Shown here in pieces: positions 54,052 to 64,000 of a DNA stretch of 64,000 nucleotides. Under the pieces are notes generated by a model. It had not been told where the DNA came from and made no database searches. It worked only from the letters and a program-made list of their open reading frames with translations. The number at the start of each line of letters is the position of its first letter. Position 1 is the stretch's first letter. The position numbers were made by a program, and so were the translations under genes. The stretch comes from the human T2T-CHM13v2.0 reference genome, Homo sapiens. The stretch is taken from NCBI RefSeq assembly GCF_009914755.1, contig NC_060936.1. One strand, written 5' to 3'.

Positions 54052-56519
54052 TTTACACTTGTAAAAATCAGTAGATTATACTTTTGTACATATAATATTT
54101 TCTCCCTGATCCTTCCAGAATTTGTAAACTATTGAGTATTCTTATTTTCCTGGCAATATAGTTATTTACATGAATTTAATAAGAATCTGTTCTTGTAACA
54201 GAACACAATTGGAAACATTGGTTATATTTATAAGGTTTTGACTGCAATGTCATATTTGAGAATGATGTGTATAGAATCTGAGTTAGGAACTGAGGTTAAC
54301 TTTATAATAAGGAACAATTTTTACAAAGCTATCTTGAAAAAGCTGGCCCAATAATAATTGGCTTCTAGGGTTCTTAGCCTTACAGATGAGTAAGGAAGAT
54401 CACTTCCTAGCAGGCCCAGGGAAGATGGGCTATCTTGGGAACCTCAAGAAGACAGGAATTCATTCAAATCTGTAAGTACCAGAAGTGAAGTCTGATGGCT
54501 AGTTCTTGGCTGGACTTCTTAGCTTCAAAAGGTTTTTGAAATTATAACCTGAGATTCCTTATGAAAAGTTCCAGCAAAGAAAACTCAAAAAGACCTATGT
54601 GGTCAATTACCATTCTTCCTTTCCTTATGTAAATAATCAGGTCAAATCTAATGAGACCAGATTTATTTTGTCTTTTAAAAGAGAATAACCTCATTTTGGT
54701 TATCTTTGATAAAAAATAAGTGTGACTAGAGAGATACATTTTATGTTCCAGTGGAAAAATATAGTGCACTCTTGTGAGTTCTCGATTATTCTAGCTTTTT
54801 TCCAGTATCCGTCTACAACTTCCAATTTTCTCTCACCCTCCTGACTTGGAGTCAATGAGATGTAAAACTGCCCTTTTTTCAAAACTCTGCAAGCTGAAGC
54901 TCGACTATGTGATATAAACATCATGGAAATCACTGTAACAGATTATGTATGGACAGCCTTTGTGCTTGTTGCTGTGTGGGCCACTCAGAATGTTCATGGA
55001 AACACTTCATGCTGTCACTGAAAACATTCAACCTGCAAACCCAGAAGCTTTGTCAGTTTGCCGCTGCCATCCCCACTTCCCTATCTAAAGATTCTTCAAG
55101 CTCAAATCAAGATGTCTTCTTGAATGGCGGCCCTGTGGAATCAGAAACTGGGTTTCTAACCATTAATTTTTTTGTTAATTTTCATAGAAATTCCCCTCAT
55201 TAAATTCCTGACTGCTAACCCATCCAGCAAATATATTATACTACCATATCCCAACAGATGTTTCAGCTGGTCCTCAATGAGCAAAAGATAACTCAAAAAG
55301 AAACAGACTTGTTTTGTTCAATGGAAAAAAGAATATTTCTTTTCTTGAACAAGAGGAGGGACTGACAAAGAATCTCTCCTTGACTAAACTTTAATCAGTC
55401 TCCTCTGAGCTGAAGTAGGCCCCATGTTGGGCATATCCTCCAAGAGCCTAGTTTTAGCACTTACCCTGTAGAGTCGGCTTAGCCAAAATCCCCTGCTCTC
55501 CATATTTCATCCCTCTCAACATCTGATCAAATTTTTCATCCACCACCATCCCTCAAGTAATGACTGACAAATCTATCTTGCCTTAAGCAAGAAACTTACT
55601 GGGTCATTTTTGCAAATAATTACTCTACCCTCTTAGTGATTTTTCCATCCACTGACTCACATCCTGCTCCTTGGCTATAACCTTCTACTTTTCCTTTTGT
55701 ATTCAGAGTTTAGCCCAATCTCTGTCCCCTACTACAAAACCCATTGCATTAGCCTCCATGAAGTTCCTTGAATAAAGTCTACTTTATCAGTAATAAGGTT
55801 CATGATGAATCATTTTCTTTCTTTAACAGCATCTAAGAATCTGATTCATCTAATAATTGTGAATCATATAATTCCTCTAATAATTATGACTAATATAAAG
55901 AGTATCTTCCTCTGTTTATATTTTTCTCTTTATCATTATCATAGGAAAATTAAAAATTCTGCATTTTCAACTGTGTTCAATGAATGGTTAAATATACAGA
56001 TTAAAGGATAATGTCTTTAGAATTTTACTTACATACATGAAAGACTGCAATACTTTGGGCAGCACAATACCAATAGTGAAGAATACTATCCTGAAATGGG
56101 GCTTTATTTCAATACTGCATCTTCCACCTAGATGAGTCCATCATTCTTCCATTTTCTAATTATTTCAATCTATGCTTTAGCACAGTTAGAATAATTTATA
56201 TGTGATGAAATACTCTCTATTAACATGAAATAGTAAGATATTTCAGGATATAAAAAATATAAGATCACCATGATCTGGTAGTGTATCATAAGATTTACCA
56301 AAAGGTCTAATGGGCTCATATGTTAATTATAATTTATAATGAATGTGCCATTTAAACAAGAATAAGTTTTCTCTTTTTTTGTCTGGTAGAATTCAAATAA
56401 AGTATAAATATCATCATACGACAAACTTTAAAACAAAAATGTGTTTAAACAAACAGAAAAAAACAATAAAAACAAAAAACTAATTGGTTTCAACAGACTC
56501 TAATGATTTATCAAAGGTG

Positions 56520-57900
56520 AACAGTATTTTTCGATGAGCAGCCATTTTTAATGTTGTTGATAAAGTCAAGTTCATTAATTTTTTATGGTATTGCTTTTGT
56601 GTATTCTAACAAACCATTGCCTAATTAGTATCATGGAAATATTCTCATATGCTTTCTTCTAGAGGCTTTATAGTTTTAGTTTTTAGGGTAGGTATAATAA
56701 CCATCTTAAATTAAGTGTATGGTGTGAAGAAGAGGATGAAGTCCCTTTTCTATCCCATTTATTCAGTTGTATTGGGTGCCTTTGTTGAAAATCAATTGGA
56801 TATATATGTGTGGTTATATGTTTGAAATCTCTATTAGGTATATGTCTCTATTTTTCTTTATGTCAATATCATACTATCTGGATTACTATCTGAAATATGA
56901 TGATGTGAGTCATTTGCATTACTATGGAAGTTTTATCATCAATTGTCAATTTTGACAAAAACAATCTAGAATTTTTATTAAAAATTTGTTGAGTCTGTAA
57001 ATTATTATACAATCAACTAACCAATTTCTACTGAAAAACTATTTAGAATTTGAGAATTTGCTGGTTGTACAAATAAATTATTTGAATCTAAAAATACATT
57101 TTTCTCAACATGGTATTTATTTACATTTATTCAGGTCATCTTTAATTTGTCTGAGCAATGGTTTTATTTTTCAGTGATGCTGACATCTTTCATGCCTGTA
57201 AAATTTATTATTAATAATTTTATCTTTTTTCTATTATAACAAGTGCTTTCTGTAAACATGTTTTCTGCTACTACATAGAAATTCAATTTATTTTTCTATA
57301 TTGATGCCTTGGATCCTGTGACCTTGTTAAATTTAACCATCATGATATTGACAAGCAATAAAGAGTTTTAATATTTTTTTCCAATCTCTAAGACTTCAAC
57401 ATTTTGTTGCTGTTATTGCTGCCTTATTTCAATGGCAATAAGTAAATGGGCTTCCAGTAACATGTTAAATAGAAGTTATTAAAACAAACTTTTGTGCTTT
57501 GTTATGATGTTAGGAAGAAAGCGTTAAGTATTTCAATGTAAGGTATGAAGATAGTTGTAGTTTTCTTACAGATGCACCTTATCACACTGAGGACATTTGC
57601 TTCTATTCCTGGATTGATAAGGTTTGATATTGAGAATAAGTGTGGAATTTTGTCAAATATTTTTTCTCCATCTGTTGAATTGAGGGAGCTTTTTTCTCCT
57701 TTATTGTGCTATACGATGGATTATACTTGCTGATTTTGTAATTTAAACCAAATAGAAGTATACATTAAGTAATTATATAATTATTTTTATATACTGTTGA
57801 TTTGCTAAGATTTTCTTTCTGCATTTATGTTCTTCAGAAATATTGATATGTAATTTTCTTTTTTATTTTCCAATATTGTTGTCAGCTTTTGCTATTGGAG
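56520..57900 (-). mobile_element. Old L1M ORF2 fragments
   Basis: T-rich antisense L1 motifs such as tttcttctagaggctttatagtttta and ttccagtaacatgttaaatagaagt. Boundaries are approximate. Confidence 0.7.
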
Positions 57901-59178
57901 TGCCAATCTCAGAGAAACCTTAAGTCTAGGGCTAATTTTGCCTTACAGCTAAGGCAATACCCTTCTGAGTACTCTATCTAATGACCTGCATATTACAAAC
58001 TTTTTCATTTCAGTTAAGAATTACTCTTAGAATAATTCTCTTTTAGAATAATTACTCTCAGAAATAAGAATTACTCTTCTTTTCTGTGTGCGTTCCAGAA
58101 GACATTGCAACTGTTCCTTTCCAGTGATTCTTTAGTAGCCTTGAATAGTTTCTTCACACACATGCCATAATGAATGCTCAGACATAAAATAATCCCTTTC
58201 TCTCTCTCTCCCTCCCTGCAGTTGTGTTTTCCATGCAGCTTTCTCCTCTCTAGTATCTGCTTGTGAATTACAGCCACTGCAGAATCCAAATATCTTAGCT
58301 ATGTCTCTTCAACTCAGAGAAATCAGTTGTGTCTTTGAGTTCACTCTCCTTGTATTGCAACCCAGAACCTCTAGCCAGTAAGCTACGAAAATGACCTCAT
58401 TTCCCACCCCATCCCCCCAATCAGGAATCACTGCCTTGTTCTGCCTCTTTTATAATGTCTAAATTTTGTTTTACTTTTATTAATTCTGCTTTTCTTTTAG
58501 TTGTTTAAGGATAGAGGCAAATCTGACCCCTATTTCTCCATCATGGTAAGAAGCATATTTCTGGTTATAAGATTTTTTGCCTACACATTCTTTCCTTTAT
58601 TTTCTTGAAAAACGTTGCTCCATTATTGTCTTGCTTTCTATCTTACTGCTGAAAAATCTAATCCTACCTGGTTTTCTTTCCATTATAAATGCCTTGACAA
58701 ATGTAAATGAGTTGGTTGTGTAGCTTAGAGGCTTGCTGAATATTTTATCTTTAAAGTGGTATCACATATGTCTTGGGGTTATCAATTCTTGGTAAAGTAC
58801 TCAAGAATTACTGAAGAAATTCAGAAAAATCACTCGATCACTTGATATTTCATTGCATATTTAATTTTAAACAGACATAGGGAATATGGTGTAAGAATAA
58901 TGCATAAATGTTATATATTGTGATAATGTCAAAAAATACCCAATTAAAAATACAAGAAGATAGAAAGGGGGAAGTAGTCTAAGTTTGTATATCTACACCA
59001 TATAGATAATAGGTGTAAGTCACAGACTATTATTTAAAGCAAAACAGACATCAGAAGCAAAGTTAGAAAACAGGACTAATGAAATAAAGATGATTGTAAA
59101 AGGTAACTACTTAAACAAAACTGCAAGAGTTCCTAAATACCAAAATGAATATAAGAAAAATATCTGCAAAACTACTAG

Positions 59179-59914
<736 letters not shown>

Positions 59915-61268
59915 ATCACAAAGGGAAATATAATACAATGAGCAACTTTCTAAATCAGAAACACAGAAGATGCAAGAAGTCAAAATTCCTAATAATAGGG
60001 GCCTTTAATTTTCACAGCCCAATATAGATCAAGAGGCCAAAAATTGCCAAATATCACAGCAGTAAATTGCATAAGTCAAGAACTTTTAGAGACATAAGCG
60101 CAGGTTTATGAATTCACTTCACAAACACAGTGAAGGAAATTAATATTCTTATCTCAGAATTTCATAGTTTCAATAGTTTAAACATTAGCAAAGACAGAGA
60201 ATATAAAAAATCCAAAGTTATCTTTTAGAATTTTAATTTTGGTGTGAGTTTTGGTCAACAAAGCACATATGATAGGTAGAGATTAAGAAAGAATATTTTC
60301 TGCCTGACCATCAACCAGTATAATTCAGAATATTACAACAGAGGAGAGAACCACATTACATGAGAGAGATGTTGTTGGCTTATAATAGTATAGTAGAAAA
60401 CGGGATGAGAGAATTGAAGCAAGTTAATTCCTAGGTAGTAGGATAGGGCCAATAGGTAGCCATTTAAACTTATATTTTAAATCCATAGACACTGTAAAAA
60501 CATTAGTAACTTAGGGTCCCAGTGTAAAAAAAGTATGTTAATATAATTTGCGAATAATACTGATTACTAGGAATAAACACTATATTGAACATGGCAGACA
60601 CAAACTCACCATCCTTTACCAGCTCCAAGTGTTAAAGTAAAACTTTGGTCTCAAATTTGCAACCAGGTGAGCATACCCTGATAATATAAACTTCCATGTC
60701 ACATGCTACTGCCTGAAAATAGCAATCACACAAATGAAGACGAGTTACTTGAGCAGGAGATCTTGGTTCCATGTTCAAATAACATTTTATCTGCTAGAAT
60801 TTTTTCTTTGTTTTGGAATAATATTACAAAGGACAAGTACGTTTTTCTTTTAAGGTCATGAGTTGATTGTTACAGATTAGGTTTATTTGAAAAGTCGTAA
60901 CTCATATTATATTATCATGATTTGAGTGAACTATTTCTCAGGATGATACATCATCTTTATATACCCTTAATGTCATAGACATTTGCTTGCTAACGGCATA
61001 TCCCACGATACTTTTTATTTCTGTTACACCCAATGGGAAATCCTGAGCATATTTTTTTACTAATTATGTTGTGTTTTCAAAAACAGCTTCATCACAAGTT
61101 TCTGATCCAAGGCTATTGATTACAGAACACAGTTATGGAAGCAAGGCTATAACAATATCCTTACTTCTCTGTACCAAATACATGCAGCATTTGCATGTCT
61201 GGTTCAATAAGGCTTAAGCAGTTTTTGTTTGGGAACAGAATCATATGCTTTTTTAAAGACCTGGGTGA

Positions 61269-61562
61269 GGCCAGGCGCAGTGGCTCAAGCCTGTAATCCT
61301 AGCAATTTGTGAGGCTGAGGCAGGTGGATTACCTGAGGTCAGGAGCTCGAGACCAGCCTGGCCAACATGGCAGAACCCCATCTCTACTAAAAATACAAAA
61401 AAGAAAAAAAAATTAGCCAGGAGTGGTGGTGGGCGCCTGTAATCCTAGTTACTTGGGAGGCTGAGGCAGGAGAATCGCTTGAACCCGGGAAGCAGAAATT
61501 TCAGTGAGCTGAGATCGCACCATTGCACTGCAGCCTGGGCAGCAAGAGAGAAACTCCGTCTC

Positions 61563-61601
<39 letters not shown>

Positions 61602-61938
61602 CCACCACCACCACCACCACCACCACCACCACCACCTGGGTGGTGGGCCTGGTGCAGTGGCTCGTGCTGATAATCCCAGCACTTTGGGAGGCTGAGTTGG
61701 GAGGATTGCTTCAGGACAGGTGTTTGCGACCAGCGTGGGCAACGTAGTGAGGCATCATCTCCACGAAAATTAAAAAAAAAAAATTAGCCACGGTGGCACA
61801 CGCCTGTGGTCCTAGGTACTTGGAAGACTGAAAGACTGAGGTGGGAGGATTGCTTGAACCCAGGCATTCAAGGCTTCAAAGAACTATTATCACACTACTG
61901 CACAGCCTGGGCAAAAGAGAAGTAAGACCTTGTCTCTT
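61269..61938 (+). mobile_element. AluSx-like (61269 to about 61635) inserted directly in front of an AluJ (about 61646-61938)
   Basis: Two tandem Alus; the TSD ACCTGGGTG flanks the first. Confidence 0.9.
61566..61634. repeat. Compound (CAA)12(CCA)11 microsatellite in the Alu tail
   Basis: Read directly from the sequence. Confidence 0.95.
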
Positions 61939-62032
61939 CTTCAACAGAGAAGTAAGACCTTGTCTCTTCAGAAAGAGATGAATGATGAATGTTCATTTAC
62001 ATGAAAGTAATACTTCAAAATATAAACATTGA

Positions 62033-62224
<192 letters not shown>

Positions 62225-62599
62225 TAATGTTTTAAATAGAAATAAATCCTTTCACTCTATACTTCCCCTCATAAAAGATTATTATATATGAATATATGGA
62301 TAAACATACTAACATACAAAATGCATATTATATATTCATGCATTTACATTTAATTTATACATAATGTGGCATATATTCCTATACATATAAATAAACAATT
62401 ATACATATATAAATAGAGCTATATTCACTTATAAATCTGTGAACGTGTACTATTCTTTCGTACCATTTAATACTGGTCCTACCTGAATTTTACCTACTGT
62501 TTACAAACCACCAACAAAAAGAACATACGGCTTTTCTAGTGTCAGTCAGGTCCACAGAATCTTAGTGAAAAAAAAAAAAAAGACTTTCTTAGTAAACTC

Positions 62600-63070
62600 T
62601 TTTCTCTCCTACTCCCATAAATATTATCATTTTCCATCATTCTATTCAAGCTTTTCTTCTTTTTCTTTGTTACAACATTTTTGGTATTACATGACTTCTC
62701 CTACAATCATATTTAGAGCTTCAGCTAGGACTCCTTCCTGAATCCCAGTCTCAGTTTTTGAATAATGACTATTCTCTTTACCTATTTTTCTGCTGACCAA
62801 TAAAACACAATGCATCTAAAACTGTAATTTTCCTTTCCTGCCTGCTTCTCCTTCCAGATTCTTATTTTTGGTAGGCTCAGTTTTCTCAGGGCTAAGTTTA
62901 TAGCTTCTATTCTCTCATAATTAGAAACATGCCAAACCCTCTTTTCCTCAATATCTCACCTGCCACAATGTTTCCTGTTGAGTTCTCACTGCCATAATCA
63001 AAGTTCCGGTTAATACTTCCTTTAATTTTGGCAACGGCATTACATTACTGATGGTTTTCCCTACCTGTTC
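62600..63070 (+). mobile_element. Possible decayed L2 fragment
   Basis: CT-rich sequence loosely resembling the L2 3' ORF region. Confidence 0.4.
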
Positions 63071-63623
63071 ATCACAATTTTGAAGCATCAACCCCTAAAC
63101 CGGAACTGGGAAACTAGTTTTGGACGTTCCATCCCTAAACCAGAAGTGGGATGATCCGCCCTTGAGGAGAGATCTTGATCCATTTCCAGCCTAGGAGCTT
63201 CAAGCAGATGCCTGCTTGAGGATGTTAATGCGGGAAAGGTAACAATCCTGCCTTGCTGTGCTGCGATGTGAATCAAGAAGGCTGCCTGCAAATGATCTCA
63301 GTTAACCCAGTAAGAAACCGTCATGGCAACATCGCGTGTTAGTGTGAACCTCAGCCAGCCCTGTTCAGAGCTCGAGGGGGAGGTCCTTTCAGGCCAGGCT
63401 TTCCCCTGACCTCATAATTTACGCTGTGAAAATTGTACAGAAGTCGGTCTGTTTTCACCCTGCTCTTGGCAAGAATTGGGGGAAGAAACCTAATGCCCCC
63501 TCGAAAGTATGTATTTTTCAGGGCCTGGAATTTGCTGAGTTTTTATTTGTACTCTGCATTTTATGAAAAAAATGACAATGAGGAGCGCCAAGGAGTACTT
63601 GGGGACGTGGAGGGCTTGAACAA

Positions 63624-63910
63624 TTTATTATTATTATTATTTTTTATTTTGAGACGGGATCTCTTGCTGGGTTGGAGGGCTCAAATGATCCTCCCACTTC
63701 AGCCTCCTGAGTAGCTGGGACTACTGGCATGTGCCACCATACCCGGCTAATTTTTCTTTATTTTTCATTTTCTTTCTTTCTTTTTTTTTTTTTTTGGAGA
63801 GGTGGGGTTTTGCCATGTTGTCCAGGCTGGTCTTGAACTTCTGAGCTCCAGTGATCAGCCTCAGCTTCCTGAAGTGCTGGGATTACAGGTGTGAGCCACC
63901 ACACCCGGCC
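63624..63910 (-). mobile_element. AluJ-like with an internal deletion
   Basis: (TTA)n tail; gagacgggatctct joins ctcaaatgatcctcccac; ends acacccggcc. Confidence 0.88.
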
Positions 63911-64000
63911 TCTGTGTCCTACTTCTGTTTTTTCACTTCTGAGGTGAAATAAACAAAGTTTGTTCTGTTTTGTAATAGTAAGAATGGTTACATTAAATAA

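Noticed and set aside
61449-61747. PolyQ/polyP, polyT and polyW/polyL ORFs
   Set aside because: They are translations of the Alu-tail microsatellite.

Overview
AT-rich primate genomic DNA, almost certainly human because it carries an AluYa5 with all five diagnostic bases. It contains the three coding exons of MGAT4C on the minus strand: 38384-38238, 32523-32376 and 29283-28142. These total 147+148+1142 = 1437 nt, or 478 aa plus stop, with all junctions GT-AG and in frame. Left of the stop codon (1-28 kb) lies a region poor in large transposons, with microsatellites and several perfect hairpins; it may be an unusually long 3' UTR. Right of the first coding exon (39.7-64 kb) is a dense, nested transposon field in the upstream intron. 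It holds a MER52-type LTR interrupted by an opposite-orientation ERV fragment whose LTR-like segment contains a BC200-derived copy, a full-length THE1 with a 243-aa internal ORF, a MER31-type provirus, old L1s and many Alus. I see no prokaryotic features or CRISPR arrays, and no new biological system that the sequence alone can prove. The best leads are the BC200-in-ERV chimera, the putative long 3' UTR with its RNA elements, and the sense-oriented THE1. Repeat subfamily names come from recalled consensus sequences, not from a search.
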